Assembly (NCBI GenBank): GCA_001643675.2
Contig: LSRY02000001.1
Location: 1,302,001-1,366,000 of the forward strand
Reading direction: 5' to 3'
Source of the DNA: Monocercomonoides exilis PA203
Lineage: Eukaryota; Protista; Preaxostyla
Length of the DNA stretch: 64,000 nucleotides
Shown here: positions 10,701 to 24,452 of the stretch, piece by piece
Layout: every line of letters starts with the position of its first letter
Position numbering within the stretch: the first letter of the stretch is position 1
Notes under the pieces: generated by a model
Told to the model about the DNA's origin: nothing
Database searches by the model: none
Seen by the model: only the letters and a program-made list of their open reading frames with translations
Made by a program: the position numbers and the translations under genes

Positions 10701-13700
10701 TAGAAAAAGATGGAATTGGCACAAGCGACCCTTTTCTCAGAGGCCTGACGATGGAGTCACTTGACAAATTGAGTGGTGAAGAAGTGGCCGAAGAGCTCAC
10801 TTTTTCGAAGGCAGCAGAAGAAGAAGAATCTGCCACGCTGCCCAAGCTGCTCGGCTTTGACGACGATGGAGGTGGAGTCCTGCTTCTGAAATGGACGGGC
10901 AGCTGTGTGGTTGTCATTGACTTGACCAGAAGAACAGGCGGTGGAGAGGACGAGCGCAGGGAGTCCTGGTTGTAGCTGTTGAGGCTGCCCACTGGAGTGA
11001 GAGTGGACGGAGAAAAGACATGAGAGGCCTTTGGCGTGGAGATAGACACAATCGGAGTGGAAGGCTGGGCAAGCGAGCGAGTGTGCCTTTGCTTGGAAGG
11101 AGGCGGCGAATGGTCAACGAATCTGATCACTTGAGATTGGAACGGCTTTCTGGACAATGAAGACACAGAAGACGATGAAGACAATAACTGAGAAGCACTC
11201 AAGAAAGACGATGTGGATGCAGATGAAATGATATGGGTAGATGAAACTGAAGAATTAAGAGGAGACTGCAGCTGAGAAGAGCAAGAATCGTCCATCGAAA
11301 CTTTTCTGTCCTTTTGTTGCTCGTTTCCTTCGTCAGCTGCACTTTTAGCAGCTGAAGATTGAGACGTCTGAGGAGCAGAAGCGAGGATGGGCTGTAGGAC
11401 AACAGGCGGAGGAGACAGAATGTGCTGGTGTGTTGGTGAGGACACAGCAACTGCCGCTTCGTCGTCTGAGCTGAGTGCAGGAGAAGACGGAGGAGAAGAT
11501 GACGGTGAGTTTGACGGGCTTCGGCGCTGATGTGGCGAAGAGGTCATGAAAAGAGAGACACCTGAGAAGAACCCAGCAGATGGGATGGACTTCTTCTGCA
11601 GCTGTGCAATGAGCCTTCTTCTTTCTTCTTCGTCTTCTTCCATCGCCTCGCGTGTTCCGCAGCGGTAGTGTCGGATGCTGGCTGGCGAGAAGACTGGCTG
11701 TGGGAGCTCGTCCAACGGCACCTTTGAAGCGAGATGGAAGGCAGGCGAAGAGTACAGCCGGTCAGAGTTCATCTGCTGGATCATGCGCATCCGCCTCTGC
11801 TGGATGAGGAGGAGGGCAGGGTGTGTCAGGACACGCTGCTGCATCGACTGGATGGAGGAGGATGTGACTGAACAGCACTGCGAGGCAGCCCTTCTGAGAG
11901 GAGGGTGGTGCTGTCGGAGCAGCTGCGCTGCGAGCGACGGCGGGCGGGAAGAGTCAGGGCGGGTGAAGATGCTCGAAGCAAGTGCACTCTTCAGCGTTGG
12001 AATGGACGACAGCGACTGGAACTCGGTGGAGCCATCAATGAAAGCAGTGTCTGCTGCCAGGGATGAGGAGACTGAGCTGGACATGCTTGCGAATGAATGT
12101 GACGACAGCGGGTTTTGGTGCTGTTGCGACTTATTGGAGTTTGGTTGTGTAAGAGCAGATGCGAAAAAGCAAGGCTTGTTGGAGTCAAACAGATTCTCTG
12201 AAACTATTTTTTGCATCTGTGCTTCATTTGCAGGCTGAGTGGCATACGAATAGCGATATCGCCAGATCTGATCCGGAATCTCTTTGTTCACAGAAGATTT
12301 TGTGCTATCAGTGGCAGATGCAAAAGGAGCATGTTGAGAAGCAGGTGTCAGAGTGAATGTGGCTGAAGATCGTCTGACGTGGGGATGAATTGTCTTGAAG
12401 TGTGGTGTTGGTGACTCAGGAGGTGACAAAGCAGCATAATAAGAAGTTGAGTGTGTCTTATTTGTTCCAAACAGATCATCCTTCACTGACAACGAGAGTG
12501 TCGAAGAAGACGGGCGAGGCGGAGAGTTCAGCGGCTTCTGTGACGAATGGCTGAAAGAGGCAAACAAACGGGATGAGATCCGCTTTGTGTTTGAGGGAGA
12601 GAACTGGGCAGGGAAAGCAGACTGCAAAGAGGAGGCGTTGAGCGAAGAGGGTGTTCCTGCACAGTCAGAAAAAGTGATGTCTTTGATTCTCTGACGGAGA
12701 AGGCCATCGGCGGAAGGCCTGCAGAGCAGCGAGAGTGTGTGGACAGTTGGCTGCTGAGTGGCAAGAAGGAAACTTGGCGTGGAAAGAATGGTCTGGTAGA
12801 AGTTGATTGCCTCGGATGAAATGTCTGAGGATTGTGCTTGTGTGGCTGGAGATGAGGGAGATGACGAAGCTATTTGATTTGAAGTTAAAGAGGATGAAAG
12901 AGAAGAGTTTGTGAGTGGAGCAAAGGCAAGCTTGTGATGCTGATTCTTGTTTGGAGAAAGGCTGGCAGACACAAACGAGCCGAGGGATGAGTAGAATCGA
13001 TAGCTGTCGATGATCTGGATGAGTCCTGTTGAGCCAGACGTCATCTCCAACCTCTGCACTTCGAGCGGATCGAACGAAGAGACAGACAGCAAATGTGCCA
13101 CAGACAGAGGCTGTTGTGTGACTATGACATTAACTGACTCTGAGGATGACACAAAAGTCTTTTGTTGAAGCTGCAGGCTGTTGTTGTTTCCTTCACTTTG
13201 TGTCTTTTGTGCGTCTGAATGTGGTTGCGAAGGTGGCTGTTGCAAGCGACGCAGCTGATGATTGCTCAGCTGCCGTTGTGTCTGTATGTATTTTGCAGGT
13301 ACTGTTGGATTGGCACTGGAGAAAGAGAGCAAATGGCTGTTCCTTCTGACAAATTGGCTGGGTGCAAGCTGACTGCTCTGCAAACTGGAGATGTTCTGCT
13401 GGCACAGCTGGACAGATGCGGAGAGCGAGTGACTCGATGAAGAGATCCCATACAGCTTCTCAGGTGTCTTCTCCATCACTTCCGCTAGCTGCGTCAGATG
13501 CTTCTCATTTGTACCCTTCACCTTCGCCTCTGATGTTGTTGTTGTTGCAGCAGCAATTGGCATCGCCAGCTCCTTCAGCTTGTCTTCGGTGCAGTTCCAG
13601 GGCTCGAAGCAGCTGAGTGTGCGGATCTTCGAGTTGCGCAGGCGCTGCAGCCGTGCCGCCATTGACCATCTGCTTGTGGAGCGCTTTCGTTCGCGCTCCA

Positions 13701-16700
13701 TCCGCATAAAGAAGAAGTTGAACCACACCTCAGTAAAGGTGACTTTGCTGAGGTCGACGTGAGAGTTGTACAATAGGCGTGTCTGCTGGGGAACGCCAGG
13801 CGAGCTCAGGCGGTGGTCGAAGGAGGTCAGATGATTAGGCAGCAGATAGAAAGAAAATGGACGATTGCATATGGATGAATGCGGATTAGCAATGGAATCG
13901 GCAGGTTCTGGTGTACGTTTTCGTTTTTGTGGAGTGATAAACACATTGCCTTCTCGCCTTTGGATTTCCACAGAATTTGAAGAAGATTCTAAATTATTCC
14001 CTGAGCAACTGCTTTTCAATGCATCGCTTTCTGCGTTGTTGGCTGAGTCCTCTTTAAAAAGCGGGCAAGTTTTCGGGAAAAACGGAAGCGGAGACTGAAG
14101 AACAGGTGCATGACTCAGCTCAAAAAGCACACGAGAAGTCACCCACCAGGGAAGAAGATGGGGCTCTGTCAGGTTGAAGTCAGAACTCCAAAATGCGCAG
14201 TTCTGAATCAGTGGCGTGTTATGTGCCTGCACCTGTGACTGTGCATCATCGCTGCCCCGCTGCTGTTCCTCTTGTGCAGCCGCGTCGATCTCCTTCTTCC
14301 TTTGGAACTCTTCCTGTTTGACACGATTTGACACCTGCTTTCTAACAGACACAGCAAACGACAGGCGCGGCAGCTGGCTGTGGAGTGTCACATCTGACTC
14401 GATCTCCCAAATCGGCAGAAGCAGCGCTGGAATTGTCGATGGTGCAAACGTCGTCAGCTCTGGTGGCTGGATGTTTGCTGCCATCGACACTTCAGCTTTA
14501 GATGCTGTTGCTTCTGCTAAAGCGGCTGTTTTGATTGTGCTTTTGACGGGAGACAGGTTGCTCTTGTTGCTTGTTGTTTTTGTCTGTTGTGAATTCTGCA
14601 CTGTAAAAGTACTCACTTTCCCTTGTTTGCTGTCAGCATCCCTCGAAGAAGAAGCTGACTGTGACTGCATCGCATAAGAAAACGAGTCAGGTGACTGCTC
14701 TTCAAAAGAAGATGCATACAATGCAGATGGCCGCTGAATCAAGGGAGAAGAATCTGACAGCGCTGAAGGCTCAACAACACCTTCGCTTTTCGCATCGCTT
14801 GCTGTTTCTGAGTGAGAAAGGAGAGAAAGGGCTGTTGTGGGTGGAGCCTGCCCTTGAGTCACAGGAGCGTCTGTTCCTGCCGGCAAAAGATGGTCGTTGG
14901 ATGGAGAAGAGTTCATTGCACGCGAAAGGATTGAGGGAAGAGAAGGAGCTGAGCCTTCGAACTTGACATAATCAGAGCTCAGGAAAGAGGAAGAGGAAGG
15001 CGGAGAGGAAAGAGGAGAAGACACAGATGATGAAGATGATAATGCCAAAGACGAAGAAGAAGAGAACGAAGAGAACTGGCGGTTTGCATTCAACAGGATC
15101 GGCACATTCTCTGCCATCGGAGAGCTTTGCGAGGAAAATGGAATGGAAGATGCTGAAAGTAACGTGCCATCCTCAGAAATCGACGACTGCTGAGATGTGA
15201 GTGTGAAAGAGCGCACAAAGCTTTCTGGTGTCTTCATCTGCTCCTGCGCTGCATTTGATCCACCACAATACGAATCAGCATTCTTCATCTGCATCAGCCT
15301 CTCCTTTGCAATGTTCAGTTGTGTGCTTATCGACTGGCTGTTGTGCCACGTCAAGAGGAAGTTCGCCAAAAAGGGGAAGTTCAGGATGAAGTCCAAAGAG
15401 CGCGGCAGCGGAATGCCTGGCACCCATCTGGGAACAGGTCGAATGGCGATGGAAAATGGGAGTGGATAAACAATGCGATGTCTGTCACGACTGCGGATGA
15501 GAGTCAGCTGCGGGTGCACAAACGTCGCCAGTGGGCGGGTCATCTGTTTGGACTGTGAGCGATAGAAAGAGGGGAGAGTGGCAGAACTTGCTGAGGTGGG
15601 AGATGCGGCTTTGCTGTCTGCTGAGATGTCTGAGTCAGCTGAAGCATCAGCTGCAGAGACAGAAGCTGGTTGTAAAGCACCAGACGGAGCAGAGGCCTCT
15701 CCTTCCAACAGAGAATCCTCCTGTTTGAAGCGCTCTGCTGTTCTCGAAGGAGTGGCAGAGAACTTCCACAGCTTGGCAGACTCTTCCAGGTTCATCGGCT
15801 TCAGCATCTTAGCAGCCTCAACTGGGAGTGAGAGTGAGACAGAACGAGGGCGGAACCCTTTGTTGTCTGTCTCCTGCTTCTCCATCTGAAACGGCGATGC
15901 CTCGCTGGACGTGTCGAAGGGGTCTCTTTGAGCACCTGGATTGAGCGATAAAGAGGGAATGCTCAGCGAAGGAGGGGTGCGTGCCATGTCTGCACTTCCA
16001 TACGGTTCAAAGTGGTCGAACGGGATGGACGAGACAGATGTTGTTGGGTAGTCCCCCTCAGGCAATGAGACAGAGTCCTGCTGCTGTGTTGGAGACGCCA
16101 ATGCTGCTGGCTGTGTGTTCTGCTCCAGCGTCGATGGAGAGAGAGAGGACGGAGGAAGGCTTGACGGATAAGACTCGGGTGAGGGAATGTTCAGTGGTGA
16201 CATATCCATCGCAGCATCGTTGTGTGGCGCTGTCATCGTCAGCTGTGCCACAAGCCGGCTGCGGACAATGTGCTTCTCTTCCTCCTCTTCTGCTGTCATT
16301 CCTCGCAGCTGGTTGATCGCCTCTTCGTCATCATCGTCAACTCCTCCTTCTCCGTCTTTTTCTCCTTTTTCCTTTCGCTTTCGTTTCATTTCTTTTTCTT
16401 TCTCTTTCTTTTCCTTCTCCAGTCTTTCCTTCTCTTTCTTCTCTTTCTCTTTTCTTTCTTTCTCCTTCTGCTTCTCCTCCTTTTCCTTTGCCAGCTTCCT
16501 CTTTGCGTCCATATTTGCATCTTCCGCCTGTGTTACACTCGCCGAGCTTAGTGAATCTGAAACAGAAGATGTTGCTCTGAGCAGAATGGAAGACTTGTTG
16601 TCTTGCTCTGCATCCCTCTGCTGCGACATGATCATCCACACCGTCTCAGACAGGAAAGGTGGATAAACCCCCAAAAACACGTTGAAGGCCTGTTGCCTCG

Positions 16701-19419
16701 TCAGGTTCTGGAATGTGTTGCTGATGAACCGCTTCAGATTGCTAATCGCATTCTGCCCAGTTGGCAGCCTTGCTGTCGACCCCTTTTCGAGCGAGTCGAC
16801 TTTCTTGATCGCGTCAGAGCCGCCGTATATCTGCGCCACCGCATCCCCCAAGTCTGTGTGCATCTTGGCCACTGTCTCCAGAACGGTGTGTGCTTCAGAG
16901 GGAGACAGCCACATGTTCATCAGCGACAGACACCGCGCCAGGCCAGCGATGCAAATGCACAGCTGCGCACTGCTCGTCCGGTCGAGACAGTCGAGACAGT
17001 TCGTCCGGATGCACCCGCTCTGCATCGAGTGGATGACGATGCCTCCTTTGCGCTCTTCTGTCTGACCCGACGAGGTGTTGATTGTCGAGTCTCCGTATTT
17101 CTCTGCATAGAAGACACCATTCAGCATCACCGCTCTCTGCGCAATGCGAAGGAGTCGGTCATTCACATTGATCTCGTCATGCTTCAAGCATTGGTTGAAG
17201 TCAAATGGCACGTAGATTATTCGGTCCTGCTCCTGCAGCGTCTTGTTGATTGTCTTCACTGCCTTGTTGTACAGCGCATCGATCGGCGACTCACGCTTCT
17301 TCTTTTCGTGCAGATGGAGCAGCGACAGAGCAATGATGGGTGTGCCGTATCGTCCATACAGATCAGCGAAATGGCATGTGGTCGCATCGAAGAACGGGTC
17401 GTGCTTCGGATAAATGATCGGCGGCTTAGGCAGCACCGCGTCTGCGTCCTGCGCCCAGAACACAGGAGGAGAGCCGCGATGCTGCACAAAAGAGGCAAAG
17501 CGGGATGAGGCGGTGGTGGTGGCTGTCTCGCTATCCCACACCACAAGCTCTGTCTCCACATCGTTCGCCACCCAGCCGCGCTCAGAAATGCCTCTCTTTT
17601 GGAAGCGCGTGCCGGCAAAGTGGCGCGAGCGACGAGCCACAAGGGCGACAGAGAACAAGTGCCCTCGCTGGTTGAATGTGTGCTGGGAGAAAAAACCATT
17701 GATGAGCAGAACAAGCCAGTCGAACGGGTTGGAAAGCTGTTTGACAGCTGAGCGGAGCAGAAAGCTGTTCCACACAAACAGCTCGCGGGTGTAAAAAAAC
17801 GCTGACGGAGAAGAAGATAGCCAGTTTTTATCCTGCTCAACACAGCCTCTCAGGCGGCTGTCTGAAGACGAGCATCCGATTGACACGAGAAGACTGTCCC
17901 GCCGATGTGCCATCTTCTCCGTTGGCAGATCTTGCTTCGACCGCCCAGATGAATGGTTTGTGCTTCCATTGTACGGTTTAATAGAAAAAGAAGTGGATCT
18001 CTCGTAACTGTGCCCTTTCTCTGCCTCTTCTGCCTCTTCTTCATTTGTGTTTGCAGAGCCTGTGCTTTGATTGCTCTCTATCCGATCAATTGCTAATCTG
18101 CGCTGTGTATCGAGAAACGACTCAAAATCCACAACTTCATACTGCGCTGGGTCAAACTGTGACGGTTTTTGGCTCTGAAGAAATGGGGAGAGAGTTTTAT
18201 CTGTGCGAGAAACGAGGTGTTGGGGTGAAAGCGAAGGAGAAGGAACAAGCGGTGAAGCGGAGGCGGTGTGAAGGATCTGTGTGGATGAGGAAAGAGGAAA
18301 CTGAAGTGGCTGAAGTGACGGCAGAGTTGGCATCGACTGAAATGAAGAAGGCGATCCTGCCAAGGCAACTGCAGAAGCGTAAGGGCTTGGCTGCGAAGAA
18401 GATGAGTTGAATGAAGATGCAGAAGTGGTTGGAAATGTGACGAGCGAAGGCGAAGAGGCGCCTGATGAAGACAAAGCACGGGGAAGTGCAGGAAGCGCTG
18501 ATGTTGTGATGTTTGAGGCTCGCTGCTTCTGCCTGCTTGGTGGCTGTGGAAGTGGGGTTTGAGTCTGTGTGAAAAGCATTGGTGCAATCTCTGGTGATTT
18601 GGTGGAAAGAGTCTTGGGTGGAGACTCCGTTGGTGGGGTGGCTATCATTGAAGGGATATGCGAAGTGAAAAGTCTGCATTGCTGCGGGGTGCGATTAAGG
18701 AATTGTCTGAAGTCAAATGGAAGTGGATTGCCTTTTTGTAAATAATTTGAGGATTTACGAGCTACGATATCGTTTTGAGGAGGACGATATGGCAACGATG
18801 TGGAAATGTTGCTTTGAAGGGTCCTGGTCATGTCAAGTGTGTAAGAAAAGAAAAAATCTCGATTGAAAGGAATCTCGTTGAAATATTTTCTATAACGTTC
18901 GTCTTCTCTTTTTTGTTCAGACGTAAGTTGCTGTGCTTTCAAATATTCCTGTGTTGCAAGTGGTATTTGTAAAACGCTTTCAATACCAAAAATTTTGTGA
19001 TCTCCCAGAAATCCAACTTGTCTTAAACTTTGAATAAAAATGATAAAATATCCGAGAATTCCTTTGCAAAAGCCTAAATTGAGAAGTCAATGAGAAAAAG
19101 TTTAAAATGGTTTCCGATTTCGCAAATTTCGTTCGAATAAGACCACACCAATGATTCCACATGCTTTTCCAAGTTGTTTCATTCCACCAGTTGCTTTACA
19201 TGAGGAATTTACGCTAATCAAATACTCGTTCATTTGCACTTGGGTATAAACTGAATTATCTTCAGTGATTACCAAAGTATCTGGTGGATTCCTGTTTATT
19301 TGCAAAATACGATATTTTGTCTCTTTTACGAATTGAGACGTTGAATTTAACGAGTTTGTCCTTATTTTTTGCACAATTATAATTTTTTGTTCAGTTCCAA
19401 ATATTGTTAAATGTTTCAT
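7768..19419 (-). CDS. FIG4: FIG4/SAC-domain polyphosphoinositide phosphatase with a very long Ser/Pro/Gln-rich C-terminal extension (~3,850 aa)
   Basis: Exon 1 19419-19149 (KYRILQINR...GGMKQLGKACGII), GT-AG intron 19148-19074, then one ~11.3-kb exon. SAC motifs: FFFSYTLDMTRTLQ, FVWNSFLL, ARRSRHFAGTRFQKRG, VANDVETE, SFVQHRGSPP and catalytic CX5RT RTNCLDCLDRT. Confidence 0.9.
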
Positions 19420-19709
19420 GATACGTGTAGGAGCCTGGAAAAGCCCCTATTATTTTTTGAACCCAATATAAAAATAATAATGTATTTAATCACTTAGATG
19501 GATGATTATTTATAAAAAAAGATAATTATAACTGTCCTTTCCTTAAAATGGAAATATTTACGATAAATTTTAAGGAAAGCACGAAAAGACTTGTGCTGAA
19601 AAAACAGACAAAAATTCAAAAGAGAAGAATAGTAACAATGAATGTAAAAATTAGTTAACAATATTCTGGAATAAATACACCTAAGTGTATGAAAATCGCT
19701 CAAATAAAT

Positions 19710-22700
19710 TTAATGGACGCGAAGTCTTCCAGAGTCTTCAACTTTACCTCTGATACGATCAGTCAAAGCGGTCTTTTCCATCAATCTTTCGATGAAGCAA
19801 GGCATTCTGTATTGCCAGTAATGTTTTCTATTGTCTGGGTTGTTGATCACCTCATCCCATGGATTCTGGTGATACACTTCGTCATCGGGCAAAATGGCTA
19901 CCAGATCCTGATAAGGAAGGATAGTGAGCATAGCTGGCGAATACATGTGCATATCGACAATACGCTCCAGCTGGTCGTTGGGGAGAGATGTCGGGCGGGG
20001 CGAGTGGTTGCTTAGAGTGTTGTACCAGAAACAGTCTCTCACATGGCACTCCTTCTGAGCATCACCAGAGCGGTAGAACTCTTCGAGATCAGGGCGGTTG
20101 AGGTTGGTGATCTGCCACCATGCACGCAGTGGAGGCATGTCGTGTGTGGATGTGGTAGCAACAATGCCCTCGCTGTAGTTCTTTGGATGATAATAGTCTT
20201 CGCTTGGGTCGCCAGTCATACGCTGCACACGGAGTCCCAGAATGTTGAACTCGTGCATCACTTGCGGAATGATTGGGGTGAGCAAGCCAAGATCTTCTCC
20301 GCAGATGAGCATCTTCGACGCTTCCTTCATCTTCGGGAACTTTGTTCGTGCAGATGCGCCGTAGATGTCCTGATGCCACTCGTAGAAGTACTCCTTCGCC
20401 AGCTGCACCAGAGCTGCCTGCCAGTCTCCACCAAGCCTCTTCCACGACTCAGTGCTTGCCACATCAAAGCGAGGTGCATAGCCTCCATCGAACTCATACA
20501 AGCACACGCTGTTGGTCAGGGCATAGAACTTCTTCATGTATGCATCCAGCTCCTTCAGTTCGTCTGATGTAGAGGAGTTTGTGATTCCTCTCTTTTCTGA
20601 CACATAGTCATGAATTGCAAGCTCATTGGGGAATTGTGGCTTGAACACAAAGTCTGAGTCTGATCCTTGTGGGGCTGGGTCGAGGTAGGTGCTGATGATA
20701 TCCTCGGCCTCTGCACCGAACTGTCGGTAAACAAGCTCTCTTGTGATGATTGGCTTGGTGAGTCTGCCAAATGTGTTTCTCAACCCGCGTCTCTCCAGTT
20801 CATATCCGGAGACCAGCCGTCCGGGATAGAAGCGAGCGTGAAGACCAGACTTGCAATCGCTTGGAATCTGCCAGATGCGATAGAAGCCCAAAATGTGGTC
20901 AATACGGAACGCGTGCATGGTGCGTGACATCACCTTCAGTCTGTTGCCCCACCACTCAAAGTTATCAGCCAGGATGTTCTCCCAGTTGTATGTTGGGAAG
21001 CCCCAGTTCTGCCCGTGTGTGGAAAACGCATCTGGGGGTGCACCAGCCTGTGTGTCGAGTCTGAAGTATTTTCGGAAGTACCACGTGTCGGCTGAGCGTG
21101 GATCCACACCGATTGGAATGTCTCCCTTCAGCCCAACATGGCACTCGTTGACGCATCTTCTGCTGGCCTCGCGCAGCTGGCGATCCAAATGATACTGCAC
21201 CCACATGTGGAACAGCACCTCGCGATACAGGCGGTGTGTTGGCTGTGTCATCTCCTCCACAATATTCTTAACATTTGCCTCATCTCTCAGCTCTTCAGGC
21301 CAATTCTGCCATTTTGTTGACTTATTTTGTCTGGCGAGTGTCTTGAATACAGCATACGACGGCAGCCAGTATGCAGCATCCTTTTGGAACTGGATGAACT
21401 CAGGATCTTTCTCAAAGCCGCCTTCGTGCGTCAGGTGGAAATCGAAGATGCGCTCTAAATATCCCATCTTCAGTCTCAAAGTTGCTTCGTAGTCAACTTT
21501 GGGCTTGTTGAGTTTTTCGCGCTGTGTTGGGAGATCAGCTGCGATATCTGCGGGAAGTGGCTTCAAGGAATCAATGTTGATGTAGATTGGATGTAATGCA
21601 AATGAAGAAGTGGACGAATATGGATAGGAATCCATCCAGCTGATGTCGTTGACTGTTGTGTCTGTGATTGGAAGTAGCTGGATAACTCGAAGTCCAGCCA
21701 TTTGACACCACTTTGCCAGAAGTGTAAGATCAGCAAATTCACCAATTCCAAGAGACTGCTTTGATCTAAGAGAAAATACAGGCAAAACAACTCCAGCTGC
21801 ACGGAAGTGAGGCTCGTTGGGATATCTGAAAGAAGGTGATTCTATGAAGATGATTTGTGCATGCCCTGCTGTTGGGTTTCTGCACAAATGAGTATTAATA
21901 GCTTGAGCAATATGTATTGCTTTGGGTTCATCCTCTTGAATAGTCCAAACAACGGTGTCAGGGGAAGTAATATCAATAGGTGTGGGTTTATAGCATTCGT
22001 TATTTGGACCAATCTCAATGTTTTCGCATTCCCATCCCAAATCGTGTGATAAAACAAATTTATATTGTACAGGAAGTTCATCAACATCAAATGTGCGGAT
22101 TCCTCTAAAAATTGGCGATTCGCTGTCATACAATGTTTGTGAATCTGCAATTCTCCAGAATGGCTTCTGTTTTGTTGCTCCAATCAAGCGAACGCTTTCA
22201 AGAGGTGAAATTAAAGGAACTGGTACTTCAAAAACAACTGAAACTTTTTCTTCCTCAGGTCTTTCAACTTTTGGTAATTTCTCGGGTTTGTTACGACGCA
22301 TGCAAACGTCTTGAATCAGTGATGATGATGCAACATCCTCAGTGAAGTTAGCTTTGTTATGCCACAAATCACGTACCTCAACTATTTCTCCTGGAGTAAC
22401 ATCAAATGAACGGAAATGACTTCTTTCTTCCCATCGAATATAATCTCCACTTTTGAAAAAGTACTAGAAAATTGCATAAAGCCATATATTTTTGAATGAA
22501 AAACAACAAATTGTTTAGATTTGACATCAGTTCAAAAGCGCACAACAAGAAAATATAATAATATTAATAAACCGTCTCTACTTAATTGATAGAAAACACA
22601 CTTTATATTCGAATTTTGTATTCATGTCTAAAGCAATAAATGCTTGCCAATATGAATCATGGCAAACCATTTGAATAGCTTTTGAAGGATTCCATTCTCC

Positions 22701-22790
22701 GAGCTCTTTCAATGAACCGCATATATACACGTTATCCCCCCATCGTGTATTATCGTAGCGAATGCAAAAGCAAGCTATAACTTTTGACAT
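19710..22790 (-). CDS. DPE2: 4-alpha-glucanotransferase (amylomaltase, GH77, DPE2-like) with N-terminal CBM20 module(s)
   Basis: Exon 1 22790-22602 (TRWGDNVYICGSLKELGEWNP, CBM20), intron 22601-22464. GH77 motifs: GVVLPVFSLRS, SYPYSSTSSFALHP, KGDIPIGV, GAPPDAFSTHGQNWGFPTYNW, RIDHILGF, GEDLG, STHD. Confidence 0.93.
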
Positions 22791-23709
22791 TATGATGATC
22801 TTGTAGATCAATTCCCATTAATTCACTAATTTTCAAAAAATTTCATCCTATCAATACAAATAAATGAACGAAACAATTTATTATTTTTGTTTTTGATGAA
22901 AATCAAAATGAAAAATGAAAAATAATATGTTTTTGAACTTCTTTTCGTGTCAAAAACAACTTTCATAATTTCCGAGTTTTGTATTATTTTAAGAAATTTG
23001 TTTCAGTGCAGCAAAATATATATAACTTTTCGATTTGAGAGAATTAAAGTATGACTGCTGTTAAAGAATGCAAATGAAGAATTGAACAAATGAATTTCAT
23101 TGTGTTAATAAACGTTTTTGGAGTTTGAATAAAAAAAGCAATACTCGAAAAAATCGCTATAAAGATTTGTGAACACCTATCAACACTAGGCATCTTTCTC
23201 TGTTGGTGGATAATTTTCGTATTTATTGTAAAAAACAATGATTTATACCAAACTTTTTCTGCTGTTGTTTCATTATTTAAGAAATATTTTTATTCAATAA
23301 TAATAATTGGGAAAATGAATAAACAGAAATTATTTATCGAAAAATTTGTGTGGATCAAAATTTTTGAGAAAAAAACATTTTTGTATTATCTGAAACAATA
23401 CAAAATATTGTTATAAACTGGTCGTTTAATTTATATGTGTATTTTTTCAAAAAGAGAATTTGATATTGGTGATTATTTTTGAAATCATAAAATTCTTCTG
23501 AGAATTTATTTTTCAAAGGCAATTTGTCATTGAGAAGAGATTTCGTATTCAAATTGATAAATTATGACAACTATTTTTTTATAAAAATGAAAATTTTTGT
23601 TCAAATTTAGATGAAGATTTTCAGTTCATGTTTATAATGGTGGTAACTTTCAATAACTGTAAACAGTGGCATTATCTCAACTACAATTAATAGTTATATC
23701 AATATAGCA

Positions 23710-23935
23710 AATTATTTTTGAAAACTTCCTTTAATAAAATTTTCAAAAAATTTCAAACTTTCATCAAATTTCTGTTCCAACTCTCGAAACTTCACAAATA
23801 AGAAAATGATAACAGTCCCAAAGTTTTATCTTTAATTTAAGAAAAGTTTCGTGAGTGGGAACAGAAATATGATAAAAATATTATTTTGTGGTTTTTTTGA
23901 AAATTATACAAATGAAACTTATCAAAAAACTTATG
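23710..23935. repeat. Degenerate foldback (inverted repeat), probable old MITE
   Basis: TCATCAAATTTCTGTTCCAACTCTCGAAACTT (~23761) pairs with AAGTTTCGTGAGTGGGAACAGAAATATGATAA (~23845-23875); weaker pairing extends outward. Boundaries approximate. Confidence 0.55.
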
Positions 23936-24105
23936 ACAAATAATCGTATGAAATCTTCTTAAATGATTCCAAAAAATTAAACAAAATAAATAAATTAATA
24001 TATAAACTTATATACTAAATTTCTTGACAGTTTGGATGATTTATTGCGTAATCGAGAAATATTTTGTTTGAAAAAATGTCACTGATTTCTTTTTTATCCA
24101 AATTA

Positions 24106-24106
<1 letters not shown>

Positions 24107-24156
<50 letters not shown>
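24107..24156 (+). repeat. Poly(A) tract (~50 nt)
   Basis: Seen directly. Confidence 0.9.
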
Positions 24157-24158
<2 letters not shown>

Positions 24159-24194
24159 ATAATTAATAAAATTTGAAAGAAAAAAAATTTTCTA

Positions 24195-24452
24195 TATGGG
24201 TGATTATTTTTGAAATCATATTTTTTCATTCAAAATTTTCTGTTCAAAAATTTATCTTGAATATTAACAAAAGAATACAGAAGAGTGAAAAGGCCTTAAA
24301 AACATCAACATCTTTATTTGAGCATGAAAATTTGTTCATTAAACAATTGTGATAAATATAAAAATTGTGGACAAAATCTTTTCCCAGTGACAAACAACCT
24401 TAAAAAAATGAACACCCCAAAAAAGTTATGATTTCAAAAATAATCACCCATA
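24195..24452. mobile_element. MITE family A, copy 1 (~260 bp, Tc1/mariner-like)
   Basis: TIR TATGGGTGATTATTTTTGAAATCATA ... TATGATTTCAAAAATAATCACCCATA with TA on the left flank. Colinear with 59457-59718; a lone TIR-like copy lies at ~23463. Confidence 0.85.

Noticed and set aside
16603-17508. 301-aa plus-strand ORF and many other antisense ORFs
   Set aside because: Shadows of GC-rich coding sequence of genes on the opposite strand or frame.
23000-23420. Another possible stop-containing gene
   Set aside because: All three frames are similarly plausible and no consistent exon structure could be fixed.
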